Positions 1 through 9,628 of a DNA stretch of 64,000 nucleotides are shown one piece after another. The notes below the pieces were generated by a model. The model saw only the letters and a list, made by a program, of their open reading frames with translations. It was not told the origin of the DNA and did not search any database. How positions within the stretch are numbered: the first letter of the stretch is position 1; each line of letters begins with the position of its first letter. A program made the translations under genes and the position numbers. The DNA comes from a virus. The stretch is taken from positions 1 to 64,000 of IMG/VR virus record IMGVR_UViG_3300020122_000665; one strand, 5' to 3'.

Positions 1-387
1 CGCGCCGCTCGCCCCGGTGCCGCCGGCGCCGCCGGCGAAGCCGCCCTTGAGCGATCCCGCCGGGCCCGCCGTGCCGGCCGCCGCCGAGCCGCCGCCGCCC
101 GCCGCGCCGTTGCCGCCGCTGTTGTCGATGATGGCGGTGGCGATGAGCTTGAGGCTGACGTTGGCGAAGATGCGGAAGCCGGCGGTCTGGATCGTGACGC
201 CGGCGTTGACCACCATCGTCGACGCGAAGATGTCGCGCGTGAGCGTGTAGATGCTCGACGACGGGGCCATGCCGAGAATCGTCGTGGTGCCGTCGTAGAC
301 GAGCGCGCCGTCGCTGCCGTCGCCGAAGACGCCCGGGTCGCCGTTGCTGCCGACGAAATCGGAAAGGGACTGCGATCCACCCGCCAT
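1..387 (-). CDS. Glycine-rich protein, probably virion-associated; 3' end runs out of the window
   Basis: ATG at 387 with AGGAG SD; my translation is MAGGSQSLSDFVGSNGDPGVFGDGSDG...GGNGAAGGGGSAAAG; absent from the ORF track because it is truncated. Confidence 0.6.
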   Translation of the reverse strand, partial: MAGGSQSLSDFVGSNGDPGVFGDGSDGALVYDGTTTILGMAPSSSIYTLTRDIFASTMVVNAGVTIQTAGFRIFANVSLKLIATAIIDNSGGNGAAGGGGSAAAGTAGPAGSLKGGFAGGAGGTGASGA

Positions 388-513
388 GGGAGGCTCCTGA
401 TGCAAGGGGTTGTCGGGGGAGCCGTCCCGTCGGTGGGGAGCGGCCAGAGATCGGAAAGGGCCGCGCTCCGAGCGGAGGCGGCCCCTATTGCGAGGAGAAC
501 TGGTGCTACAGCT

Positions 514-1068
514 TCAGACGATGAGGCCGTCCCCGTCGTCGGACGCCGTCGCCGACGGGAGCCGAACGAAGGTGTTGCGGCGGTGCTCCATCTTGCGGTC
601 GACGAGCTCGCGCTTCCACGCGTCGGCGTGGTCGAGGATCGTCTTGCCCGAGAGGTGGTCCATTTCGTGGAGCACGGCGCGCGCCTCGAGCCCCTCGACG
701 CGGAACTCGCGCTGCTCGCCCTGCCCGTTCCAGCAGCGCAGCCAGATCGCCGGCGGCCGCTTCACCTTGATGCGCGTGCCCGGCAGCGACAGGCAGGTCT
801 CGCCGAACTCCGTCGGCTCGCCCTCGGTGCGCACCACCTCGGGGTTGATGATGAGCGCCGGCCCCTTCTTGGTCATCACCTGAAACATCGCCACGCACAC
901 GCCGACCTGGCAGGCGGAGAGCCCCGTCGCTCCCGTGAGCTTCATCGTGTCGAGCAGGCCGCGCGAGAGGACGCGCAGCTCGTCGGACATCCCGGGGACG
1001 CGCTTCGCCGTGCGGCGCAGCTCCTCGTTGGGGTAGCAGAGAACCTGCATGATCATCGGCTGCGACAT
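514..1068 (-). CDS. def: Peptide deformylase
   Basis: All three PDF motifs: GATGLSACQVG, ETCLS (variant of EGCLS), HEMDHLSG; GGAGGAGG SD before ATG 1068. Confidence 0.92.
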   Translation of the reverse strand: MSQPMIMQVLCYPNEELRRTAKRVPGMSDELRVLSRGLLDTMKLTGATGLSACQVGVCVAMFQVMTKKGPALIINPEVVRTEGEPTEFGETCLSLPGTRIKVKRPPAIWLRCWNGQGEQREFRVEGLEARAVLHEMDHLSGKTILDHADAWKRELVDRKMEHRRNTFVRLPSATASDDGDGLIV

Positions 1069-1254
1069 GGCGTGCCCTCCTCCAAGGGCGATCAGTCGGA
1101 CCATCCGCGCCACACGAGCCGCGGCACACCATCGGGTATCAGCCTGGCCGCGCGCCGCCGCGCCTTCGCCGCCGCGCGCTTCATCCAGCGACGGAAGCCT
1201 CGTCCATACTTCCTGCGCCAGCGACCGCCGAGCTGCTCGACGGTGTGCACCGCG

Positions 1255-1725
1255 CTACGAGACGATGATCCGCGCGCTCGCGGAGTCGATGCCCTGGCCC
1301 GCGCCGCCGACCGTCTTCACCTGCAGCACGAGGTTCTCGAAGCCGATCATCTCGTGCTGCAGCGTGTAGAAGCTCTTCTCGACGGTCTTCGAGGCGCCAC
1401 CCGTCGCCCACGTGTGGTCCCACTTGAGCGCCCCGGCGAGGTCGTCGCCGTCGCGACCGAGGAACTCCGTCCCCGGCTGGTTCGCCACCGGGTTGCTCAG
1501 GAACGAGCTGAAGCCGAGCAGGCGCCAGGTGAACGACGTGATCGCCGACGCGGGGTCGGTGACCATGTGGCAGAGCACGCGCACGCCGCGCGCTCCGCTG
1601 CAGGGAATGACCTTCGACGTCGCGCCGCCGCCCGCGAGCGCGGTCCACCCCGTGGCGTCGTAGCTGGTCTTCAGCGCGGCACCCACGATCGCGGGGACGT
1701 CGAACGTGACGGGCTGGAACTTCAT
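1255..1725 (-). CDS. Hypothetical protein, possibly virion-associated
   Basis: GGAGG SD, GC3-biased codons, beta-rich composition, downstream of the portal. Confidence 0.6.
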   Translation of the reverse strand: MKFQPVTFDVPAIVGAALKTSYDATGWTALAGGGATSKVIPCSGARGVRVLCHMVTDPASAITSFTWRLLGFSSFLSNPVANQPGTEFLGRDGDDLAGALKWDHTWATGGASKTVEKSFYTLQHEMIGFENLVLQVKTVGGAGQGIDSASARIIVS

Positions 1726-1895
1726 GCGTCCTCCGGCTCTGCCACAGCCGCGCACTGGAGGGCGTTCTTCGCCGACTCGAGCTCGCGCATGGCCGCTGCG
1801 ATTTCATCGTTTGCGGCGTCGCGCGCCTTCTCGGCCGCCTTGTACCTCTTGTTCGCGACGCGCACCCGCGCGGCCGCCTCGGCGAGCTTGCTCAT
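1722..1895 (-). CDS. Small coiled-coil protein (57 aa, MSKLAEAAARVRVANKRYK...)
   Basis: ATGA overlaps with both neighbours; translated by hand. Confidence 0.55.
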   Translation of the reverse strand: MSKLAEAAARVRVANKRYKAAEKARDAANDEIAAAMRELESAKNALQCAAVAEPEDA

Positions 1896-3433
1896 GGCGC
1901 GCCCTTGTCGGCCTTCGCCTTGGCATCGGTCACCGCAGCCGCCTCGGCGCCGCCGACGTCGCCCGGCTTGCCGATCTCGACGGGAGGCGGCGGGATCGCC
2001 GCCTGCGTGATCTGCTTGTCGGAGGGAGCGTTCTTCTCGATGTCGCCGTCGATCTCCTGCCGCGCGTCCTCGGGGAGGTCGGGCATCTCGGCGCGATACA
2101 TCCGCTTCCGCTTCTCGATGTAGTAGCGGCGCGAGGGGATCTTCATGCCCTCGGTGACGAGCGCCGTCTCGGCGATCGCGTTCGCGTCGACGAGGTGGTA
2201 GGAGTCGCGGCCGCCGACGTGGAAGGTGATGTCGTCGCCGCGGCCCTTCGCGACCTTCTGCAGCGTGCGCTCCTCGGCGGCGGTCTCGATGCGGCCGTAC
2301 TCGCGGAGCACCACCTCGGTCGCGGCGGCGTCCTGCTCCTTCGACTCACCCGAGCGGCCGATCGCCGCGGCGTTGTTGTCGATGCCGCGCGCCATTTGCT
2401 GCGCGACGCGGTGCGCCTCGTCCTTCAGCCGGTCGAGCTCCTTCGTGATGATGTCGAACGGCGTCTGGCTCGGTCCCGGCCAGTCGAGCTTCTCGCCCTC
2501 GGCGAGCATCAGGTAGCGCCCGGTGCCGAGCTTCGGCGCCTTCCGCTTGTCCTTCATGCCGGAGAACACCGGCATCGTGAACGCCGAGCGCTTGAGCGCC
2601 CACGAGAGCGCGTTCTGCTGACGGAAGTGCTCGACCTGCGGCTCGCCGACGTGCTGCATCAGCCAGAGGTGAGGCGGCAGGCGCAGCTCGACGATGGGGC
2701 ACTCGCCCTGGATGTCCGCCGGAGCGTCCACCTCGGGGATGTCGTCGTCGTCGCCGATCTTCTTGGTGCCGGTGAAGACGACCTCCCACCGCTTGGGCGG
2801 CTCGTCGCGATGCCAGCGCGTCCACCGCAGGGTCGTCGTGGGCTCGTCGTCCTCGAAGTCCACCAGCTCGACGATGTGCTCGTGCTCGACGAGCCACAGG
2901 AAGGGCGCATCCTCGGGCGGCCCGTCGGTGGTATCGCGCTTCCAGTGAACGATGTTCTCCGTCGGGATCGCGACCAGCGTCGGCAGGCCGAGGCCGGCGG
3001 CGTCGCGATCACCGATGGTCATCCCCGGAGTCAGCCCGTCGGGGAAGTTCACCCGCCAGTACGCCGCACCCTTCGTGAGCGCCTCGGCGAAGCGCTTCGA
3101 CATGAAGGAGTCGAAGTCGGAGCCGTCCGCGTCGCAGCTCTCCTTGAACGTCTGGTAGACCTTGTCGAGCGGCGCTCCGCCCTTGAGCGAGATCTTTGAC
3201 GGCGACGTGAAGAGGTAGCCCTTGAAGTAGCCGACCATCGGGCCGGCGTAGTTCGTATAGTAGGCCTCGCGGCAGCGCCGCTCGTAGACCTCTTTGGGCT
3301 CGAACTCGTTTTGGACGAGGAACGTCTTGATGAGCTTGCGCACCGCGCGCCCGCCGGCGGCGAGGGCGGCGTACTCCTCGAGCACCTCGGGATCGAAGTC
3401 GGGGTGCTGCCGCTTGAGCGCGCGATACTTCAT
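1892..3433 (-). CDS. Phage portal protein (DUF4055-like)
   Basis: About 510 aa; N-terminal HPDF...EPKEVYERRCREAYYTNY pattern and SGESKEQD segment typical of this portal family; downstream of the terminase. Confidence 0.8.
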   Translation of the reverse strand: MKYRALKRQHPDFDPEVLEEYAALAAGGRAVRKLIKTFLVQNEFEPKEVYERRCREAYYTNYAGPMVGYFKGYLFTSPSKISLKGGAPLDKVYQTFKESCDADGSDFDSFMSKRFAEALTKGAAYWRVNFPDGLTPGMTIGDRDAAGLGLPTLVAIPTENIVHWKRDTTDGPPEDAPFLWLVEHEHIVELVDFEDDEPTTTLRWTRWHRDEPPKRWEVVFTGTKKIGDDDDIPEVDAPADIQGECPIVELRLPPHLWLMQHVGEPQVEHFRQQNALSWALKRSAFTMPVFSGMKDKRKAPKLGTGRYLMLAEGEKLDWPGPSQTPFDIITKELDRLKDEAHRVAQQMARGIDNNAAAIGRSGESKEQDAAATEVVLREYGRIETAAEERTLQKVAKGRGDDITFHVGGRDSYHLVDANAIAETALVTEGMKIPSRRYYIEKRKRMYRAEMPDLPEDARQEIDGDIEKNAPSDKQITQAAIPPPPVEIGKPGDVGGAEAAAVTDAKAKADKGAP

Positions 3434-3541
3434 CGAACGCTCCTCGAAGAGTTGTGCTCGGGCCGGCGGGAGCCTCACGCGCGGGGAGGAGGGACCGCTT
3501 GTGCGGTTCCCGCCGGCTCCAGTTCCTGGCGCTCGCGCTCT

Positions 3542-3913
3542 TCAGCGCGGGCAAATGATGTTGCGGTCGTTGTCGACGGTGCAGACCGTCGCCTCGCCGG
3601 ACTCGATGAGCTCCCGCCAGTTGCACGGGCCCCACGGGCAGAGGTCATCGTCGTCGAACGCGTGGTGCGCGGTCGCCGGCTCGTCGTCGAGCGGCGCGCC
3701 GGCGTCGCGGACCGTGTCGCCGATCTCGTCGAGAAACGCGCCCGCGGCGTAGCAGAGCGCCGCGTCGATCGTAACCTGCTCGACGGCCGGAACCGGCTGC
3801 GGCCACGGGTCGTCGCAGGCCTTCACGCCCACCATCGCGGCCGCGGCGAGGAGCAGCGTGCGCAGCGAAGGAAGGAACGGGTGCGGCGGTGCGGCAACCG
3901 GGATCATGGTCAT
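3542..3913 (-). CDS. Hypothetical exported or lipoprotein-like protein
   Basis: Hydrophobic LLLAAAAMVGVKAC segment; Cys-rich C-terminus; overlaps the upstream gene. Confidence 0.45.
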   Translation of the reverse strand: MTMIPVAAPPHPFLPSLRTLLLAAAAMVGVKACDDPWPQPVPAVEQVTIDAALCYAAGAFLDEIGDTVRDAGAPLDDEPATAHHAFDDDDLCPWGPCNWRELIESGEATVCTVDNDRNIICPR

Positions 3914-4104
3914 TTCCCGAAGAGCGTCACGTCGCCGTCGAGCGCCTCGAGCGAGGGCGACGGCCGGACGCGCCCGGTGGCGGTGCGGTCCCACGGGTCG
4001 GCGGTGTCGTCCGTCTCGCGGAGCGCTCGGAACTCGTGCTGCTCCGCACTCGCGTCGGCGAGCCGCTGGCGAGGATGACCACGCTCCGCGGAGTAGACGA
4101 TCAC
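3910..4104 (-). CDS. Small hypothetical protein sharing its N-terminus with 4539-5702
   Basis: MIVYSAERGHPRQRLADA versus MILYSAERGGPRQRLSDA. Confidence 0.55.
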   Translation of the reverse strand: MIVYSAERGHPRQRLADASAEQHEFRALRETDDTADPWDRTATGRVRPSPSLEALDGDVTLFGK

Positions 4105-4436
4105 GGGCGTCCGACCATCGACGCGAAGGCCTCGCGCGTGATCGGGGCGATATCCCGCATACGCCGAAGCACGCTATCGAACAGCGCTCGGCGACCGAGC
4201 GTCTCGGCGCGGCGCGCGCGCTTCGCCTCGGCCGCCTCGATTGCGAGCGAGGAGAAGTAGTCGCCCGCGCCGCCGCGCGCGCAGTGCGTCGCGCTGTCGG
4301 TGCCGATCGCCCCCGCCAGGTACGGCGATGGGAGCGGGGCGCGCTCGTTGAACGCTTCGAGCAGCGACCGCGTGGGGTGGTCGATGGCGACCGGGCCTCG
4401 CTTCGCCTTCCCGGCGCTGCGGTGGTGGTGCAGCAT
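4101..4436 (-). CDS. Hypothetical protein
   Basis: GGAGGAGG SD; coupled to the downstream gene. Confidence 0.55.
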   Translation of the reverse strand: MLHHHRSAGKAKRGPVAIDHPTRSLLEAFNERAPLPSPYLAGAIGTDSATHCARGGAGDYFSSLAIEAAEAKRARRAETLGRRALFDSVLRRMRDIAPITREAFASMVGRP

Positions 4437-4499
4437 GGTGAGCCTCCTCCAAGGCGCACGACAGAGGGCGCCCGCACTGGCGCACCCGTTGGCATTGGG

Positions 4500-4509
4500 G
4501 AGGTACAGC
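4500..4509 (-). promoter_or_regulatory. GCTGTACCTC motif, copy 1 of 7 (others at 5992, 6743, 9419, 19001, 20373 on minus; 28744 on plus)
   Basis: Exact 10-mer, always co-oriented with and 6-65 nt upstream of a gene start. Confidence 0.7.
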
Positions 4510-4538
4510 AGCGAACGCCGCGAGAGAGGGGGGAGGGG

Positions 4539-5702
4539 CTAGTCGTCGAAGCCGGCGGTGAGCAGCCGGAAGAACTCGCTCCGTCGCACGACGGCGTAGA
4601 CGCTGTCTAGCGCATAGCGGATGCGGCGCGCCGTGAACGATCCGAGCGCTGCGACCAGATCGCCGGCGAGCGGCGGCGCTGCGGCGCGCGCGGCCTGGCG
4701 CAACAGGCGGCGCGCATCGTGCGGGATGTCGAGCCGCGCCTCCGTCTCGAACTCGATTCCAGCAACCATCTGCCCCGGCAGTTGCACCGTCTCCCCGTTG
4801 AGCAGCGCCGCGTATTGCTCGTAGGTGCCAATGAATGGCTTCTCGCCGATCACAACTACGTGGTCGGGCAGCAACTCACCGCCGCCCGGGAGTCGCGGCG
4901 ACGTCTGCCGCTCGCGCTCGTCGCGCGCCGGATCCAGGTGAGCCAGCGTCACGCTCTCCTCCTCGGATACCCCACCGAACGCGATAGGAATCCTTCGGGG
5001 GTGACCGTTCCGGTTCCACTGCGGGCGCTCGATCACCGTCGCCTCGCGCAACCAGCGCTCGCCGAGGCGCGTCCACACGCCCGACGTCATCGTGACGTGC
5101 TTCTTGCAGCCGTCGCCGCCAGAGACGCGCTTCTCCTTGCACGTGCCGCTCGACGTCGGAGCGTAGCAGATGTCGTGCACCGCGCAGTTCCACTCGCCGT
5201 TGATGCGTGGCTTCTGGCAGAGCCCGCCTCCGGTGACGCCGGCGAAGCAGCGACCCGGCTTCCACTCCTCCTTCGACCGGCTCGTCACGAGCAGCTCGCG
5301 CACGTGCACCGTCCGCTCGTAGACCTGCGTGCCGATCGGCGTGTTGGTGATGAGCACGAGCGCGGCACCGAGCGGTGCCTGCTCCTCGGCTTCCATCCAC
5401 GCTTTGATGAAGAGCGCCTTGCGGATGTGCTCGCGATCGGCGGCCATCGCGCGCGCCCACTCCTGCGCGTCGCGGTTGTGGTTCGAGATCAACCCTTGCG
5501 AGAGCGCCTCGAGCATCCCGGCCTGGGCGCTGCGCGCGTGCGGGTCCTCGCGCTGCATCGCGTGCGCCTCGAGCAGCACGCGGCGGTAGGCGCTGGCCGT
5601 CTGGCGCCGCGCCGGCAGCTCGGCGCGCTGCGCGGGAGAGACCTTCGCGGCGTCGCTGAGCCGCTGGCGAGGACCGCCGCGCTCCGCGGAGTAGAGGATC
5701 AT
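4539..5702 (-). CDS. Hypothetical protein with two Cys/His zinc-binding-like repeats
   Basis: CFAGVTGGGLCQKP...CAVH and CYAPTSSGTCKEK...CKKH; start reassigned to ATG 5702 (ATGA overlap). Confidence 0.6.
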   Translation of the reverse strand: MILYSAERGGPRQRLSDAAKVSPAQRAELPARRQTASAYRRVLLEAHAMQREDPHARSAQAGMLEALSQGLISNHNRDAQEWARAMAADREHIRKALFIKAWMEAEEQAPLGAALVLITNTPIGTQVYERTVHVRELLVTSRSKEEWKPGRCFAGVTGGGLCQKPRINGEWNCAVHDICYAPTSSGTCKEKRVSGGDGCKKHVTMTSGVWTRLGERWLREATVIERPQWNRNGHPRRIPIAFGGVSEEESVTLAHLDPARDERERQTSPRLPGGGELLPDHVVVIGEKPFIGTYEQYAALLNGETVQLPGQMVAGIEFETEARLDIPHDARRLLRQAARAAAPPLAGDLVAALGSFTARRIRYALDSVYAVVRRSEFFRLLTAGFDD

Positions 5703-5965
5703 CGGAGCGCCTCCGCCTCGTCGAGGGCGACGTAGTGGTCGAAGATGCTGCGCGCCTTCACGACGTCGTTCCCCTTGTAGACGGGAGCGCCGTCGAGCAC
5801 CACGATCGCCCTGGCGTCGTCTGGCTCGTATCCGGGCGAGGTCCACGAAATCACAATCCGGTGCGGCGTCCGAGGGCACGCGGGGACGACCTGCGCCACC
5901 ATCGCAGCCTCGATGCCCGTCTCCCCGGCATCCGGGTTCAGATCTCCGGTCTGCGGCTTTTCCAT
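5699..5965 (-). CDS. Hypothetical protein
   Basis: GGAGGAGG SD before ATG 5965. Confidence 0.5.
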   Translation of the reverse strand: MEKPQTGDLNPDAGETGIEAAMVAQVVPACPRTPHRIVISWTSPGYEPDDARAIVVLDGAPVYKGNDVVKARSIFDHYVALDEAEALR

Positions 5966-6020
5966 GCAGCACCTCCTCCAGGTGTGGCAGGGAGGTACAG
6001 CAGCGACGATCTCGCGCGAG

Positions 6021-6467
6021 CTATTGGTTCCAGGGGTCCGTGTCGACCATCGCGCGCGCCATGTCGTCGAGCGCGCGACGCCAACGCTCGACATCAGTCG
6101 CCGCGCCCCGACCGAGCGACCGCCACCGGCGGTACAGGCGCCGCCAGATGGGGAGCATGAGGAAGACGCCGCACCCGACGAGCGCCGGGTAGCTGCGCGT
6201 CGCTAGGAAGTAGACGACCCACAGCGTCTCTTTGGCGAGGAGGTAGCGCGCGAGCCAGCGGTAGCAGTGGACAAGCTCCCCGTCGGTGCGCGCGCTGAAG
6301 TGAAGCTGGCGCTGCCTCTCGGCGAGCCGGTCAGCGACGCTCGCGTGGCCGAAGCTGAGCAGCACCGCCGCGGCGCCGACCCAGGCGATCGCCGTCGCGC
6401 GCGTGGCGACATTCACCGCGACGAGGATCGCGGCGACGACGGCCCACTCGAAGTGCCACGTCTTCAT
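6021..6467 (-). CDS. Membrane protein (3-4 TM segments)
   Basis: MKTWHFEWAVVAAILVAVNV... hydrophobic segments. Confidence 0.6.
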   Translation of the reverse strand: MKTWHFEWAVVAAILVAVNVATRATAIAWVGAAAVLLSFGHASVADRLAERQRQLHFSARTDGELVHCYRWLARYLLAKETLWVVYFLATRSYPALVGCGVFLMLPIWRRLYRRWRSLGRGAATDVERWRRALDDMARAMVDTDPWNQ

Positions 6468-6718
6468 CGCGCGGAGGCCCTCTCCACCGCCTTCGCGTTG
6501 ACGGCGTCGGCGAGCGCCGCGACCTTCCCCGCGCCGCACCGATACGCCTCCTCGATGACGTTGAACGCAGCGCCGAGCGGCGACGCGTTCCAGTTGATCT
6601 GCGCGCGCTGAAGGCCGGCGGAACCGGCGACCATCGCGATTCGATCGACCCACGAAGAACTTCGCTCGGGGTCGTCGGTGACGTGCAGCAGGAGTTCACA
6701 CAGCCGGCTTCGGTCCAT
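6464..6718 (-). CDS. Stand-alone effector-associated domain (EAD1-like) protein
   Basis: 84 aa helical protein; AGLQRAQINWNASPLGAAFNVIEEAYRCGAGKVAAL resembles the EAD1 pattern as I recall it; strong SD. Confidence 0.5.
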   Translation of the reverse strand: MDRSRLCELLLHVTDDPERSSSWVDRIAMVAGSAGLQRAQINWNASPLGAAFNVIEEAYRCGAGKVAALADAVNAKAVERASAR

Positions 6719-7034
6719 CGGGCACACCTCCTCCAATCACCGGAGGTACAGCCGCGGTCACCTCCTCACGACAGTCGAGGCAGAATCGCGTCCAGCGTCG
6801 GCGCGCGCCCGCGTCGAACCGGCGACCCGAGAATCGGAGCCGCGCGTGGTCGCAGTACGCGGGGTGGATCTGCACCATGCGCGCGCGCATCGCGCCGCAG
6901 CGCGCGCACTCCATTTGGTTGGTGTCGATGCCACGCGGCGCGACGAACACGTAGCGGTGGCCGCACGCCGCGCAGTGCGCACGCCCGGCGAACCACTTCG
7001 CCCGCCGATCGTCGAGGCTCGCGACGTCACTCAT
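6696..7034 (-). CDS. Zinc-ribbon protein
   Basis: CAAC, CARC and CLDC motifs. Confidence 0.55.
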   Translation of the reverse strand: MSDVASLDDRRAKWFAGRAHCAACGHRYVFVAPRGIDTNQMECARCGAMRARMVQIHPAYCDHARLRFSGRRFDAGARRRWTRFCLDCREEVTAAVPPVIGGGVPDGPKPAV

Positions 7035-7242
7035 GGAGCTATGCAATAGTGCAAGAGTGCATTGTCGAGCCGCCGATCCCGCGAGTTCACCCGAGGAGCG
7101 CCGACGCCACGAAGAGCGCCGCGGCGATGAGCAGCGCTACTCCGAGTCGCCGCGCCGCGCGGGCCGACGCGCGGTCGGGCTTCCCTTCGTCGATGAGCCG
7201 CAGTTTCGCCGTCGGAGAATCGTCGCTCATGATTCGCTCCTA

Positions 7243-8604
7243 TCAGACCCACCCGATGGGGTCTGTGCTGACGCCGCGCACGAGCGGCGGATCGCCGGCG
7301 CCGGTCATCGCGAGCGCGTGCGACCACAGGCGGTCGCCGTGGCCCGCAGCGGTGCGCGGCACCTCGAACACGATGTTTCCGGCCTTGGTGATGATGCGGC
7401 GGAGGGAGATCGTCTCGGCGCGCAGCGCCTCGCCCTCCTTGCCACGCGGCAGGCGGACGCGGCCGTCGCGATACCAGCGCATCAGGCGCGTCGCCATCTG
7501 CTCCTTCAGCTCGTTCGTGAACTTCATTGGGACGACCTCTTCGCCCCAGTCCTCGACGAGTTCCTGTCCGAGCTGCGTGCCCATTCCGGTGACGTCGGGG
7601 TAGAAGCGGTCCCACCCGAATTGCGCCCGCGCCTGGTCGAGAAACCTACGCTGCGCGCGGAAGGCGGTGCGCGGCCACACCATTGGCGGCAGCGTCCACG
7701 CGACGCCGCGGTAGATGACGACCACCGTGAGAGAGGACAGGTCGACCTCGTAGCCGACGTCGTAGCCGGCATAGACCTCCACGCCTTCCGGCCGGGCGGC
7801 GGGGTTGCCGATCCACTCGTAGACCTCGCGCGGCATCTCGCCCCGCCAGGAGCTGGCGCGGTTGACCATCGACGTCGGCAGGTACTGCAGGTTCGCGTCG
7901 AGCCAGGCGCAGCGATACCACTGGTCGAAGATGCGAGGGTCGCCGCCGGCGAGCGTCATGAGGTGGTCGAAGTCCACCGTCATGCCGTCGGCGATCATGT
8001 CGTCGATGGTGACGTGGTGCATCGACCAGCCGGCCGGGCCGATGCCGCGCTGAGCGTCCTTCGCCCACTCGTAGAAGACGCCCTGCGCGCCGTTCGGCGT
8101 CGAGAGAACGCGCAGCCGGTAATTGCTGCGCGTCGTCATCGCGAACGCGCCGTCGCGGATGCCCTCGGGGTCCTGATGGTAGTGGTACTCGTCGAGCCAC
8201 GTGTCGCCGTGCATCGAGCGCGCGGTGCGCGCGTTCGCGGCGAGCGCCACCACCTTCCCGCCGCGCCGCCACGCGACCTCCGACGTGTTGTTGGTGACGT
8301 AGTCGATCATCTCGACCATGCCGTAGGCGGCCAGCGTCTGGCAGTGGAGCCGCACCTGCTCGAGCACCTCGCTCGAGCGCTTCTCGTTCACCGAGAGCAC
8401 GAGCTGCGGCCGCTTCTCCATCGCGCCGAGGAGCGCGCCGGCGGCCGTCCCGTCAGAGAATCCTCCCTGCCGCGTCTTCACGAGGCAGGCGATGCGCGCG
8501 GGGTCGAGGATCCACCGCCGCTGCTTCGGCAGGAAGCAGCGCTGCAGCCAGCGACCGATGGGCGAGTACCCGCCCGGCGTGTCAGTGGGGCTGACCGGAA
8601 CCAT
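7243..8604 (-). CDS. terL: Terminase large subunit (Mu gp28-like family)
   Basis: Walker A-like KTRQGGFS, Walker B TWLDE, STPNG coupling motif, nuclease GYDVG and HGD. Confidence 0.92.
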   Translation of the reverse strand: MVPVSPTDTPGGYSPIGRWLQRCFLPKQRRWILDPARIACLVKTRQGGFSDGTAAGALLGAMEKRPQLVLSVNEKRSSEVLEQVRLHCQTLAAYGMVEMIDYVTNNTSEVAWRRGGKVVALAANARTARSMHGDTWLDEYHYHQDPEGIRDGAFAMTTRSNYRLRVLSTPNGAQGVFYEWAKDAQRGIGPAGWSMHHVTIDDMIADGMTVDFDHLMTLAGGDPRIFDQWYRCAWLDANLQYLPTSMVNRASSWRGEMPREVYEWIGNPAARPEGVEVYAGYDVGYEVDLSSLTVVVIYRGVAWTLPPMVWPRTAFRAQRRFLDQARAQFGWDRFYPDVTGMGTQLGQELVEDWGEEVVPMKFTNELKEQMATRLMRWYRDGRVRLPRGKEGEALRAETISLRRIITKAGNIVFEVPRTAAGHGDRLWSHALAMTGAGDPPLVRGVSTDPIGWV

Positions 8605-9412
8605 CTTCGGTCTTCGCGCCCGCCGGCGCCGAGTGGTCGCCGTCGCGGTCGAAGCCCCACACCTGCACGAGCCGCTCGCGCTCCTTCGTGACGAAGTCGG
8701 GGTCCGTCGGGAGCAGGAACACGCCCGGCCCCTCGGCGATCTTCCCGCTCGCCTTGTTCTCGGCGAGGAGCGCCTCCGCCTCGAGCTTGCGGCGCTGGAG
8801 CTCTGCCTGCGCGTCCAGCGTCAGCTCGCCCTTCAGCAGCCGCAGCGTCATCATCGCCTGCGCGTGGAAGCGCGACGCGGCGTTCACCATCTGGACGGCC
8901 TGGCCCTCGACAAGCACCACCACCTCGCCGTCCTCCTCGATCTGCTTGATGCGGCTGGCCGACAGCAGCTTGTTTGCCCACACCTCCAGGGCGTAGGCCG
9001 ACGCCGCCCCCGACTCCTCGATGTCGGCTAGGAGAGCCGACTGCTTCAGCCGGCGCGCCGCCGCCGCCGCCATCTCGGGGGCGAGCTTCTCCATCTCCGG
9101 CGCGAGTTTCTCGGCGAGTTTCTCGGCGACCTTCTCAGCGACCTTGGCGGAGACCTCGGGGTCGGTTGCACCCTTCGCACTTGCCTGCAAGAGCACTGCA
9201 CCAGCCGCTGCACTGACAGGGTCGACACCGCGCTTAATGTCGCGCTTATACTTGGCTCTTGCGGCGTGCCATTTCTCGTCGGCGCAGCGGTGCTTAAGGC
9301 TGCTCAGGCTGCACCCGGGCTGCCCCCTCATGCGCTCATGCAGCTCGGGAATCGTCATCTCGCCGGTGACGAAGACGTTCCTCGGGTCGGAGTACGAAGG
9401 CGGGTCGATCAC
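8582..9412 (-). CDS. Probable terminase small subunit
   Basis: Overlaps the terL start; N-terminal HTH-like segment (TIPELHER...SLSSLKHRCADEKW) followed by helical coiled coil; start uncertain. Confidence 0.65.
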   Translation of the reverse strand: MIDPPSYSDPRNVFVTGEMTIPELHERMRGQPGCSLSSLKHRCADEKWHAARAKYKRDIKRGVDPVSAAAGAVLLQASAKGATDPEVSAKVAEKVAEKLAEKLAPEMEKLAPEMAAAAARRLKQSALLADIEESGAASAYALEVWANKLLSASRIKQIEEDGEVVVLVEGQAVQMVNAASRFHAQAMMTLRLLKGELTLDAQAELQRRKLEAEALLAENKASGKIAEGPGVFLLPTDPDFVTKERERLVQVWGFDRDGDHSAPAGAKTEDGSGQPH

Positions 9413-9628
9413 GCCTCGGAGGTACAGCGGGGCCCCCAGCCGCACGAGGCGGGCCGACCTATTACAGGGGGTGCTACGGCTTCTCTATTGGTGCCAGGTT
9501 CGCGGCGACAAGGACGAGAACCAGCAGCATCGTTGCGTTGAGGCCTACCGAAACAGCGCGCAGACCTGGCGCCGCGAGCGCCACGTTGCCGGCGAGGAAC
9601 GCGAGAAACAGAATGACGATCGCCCACA

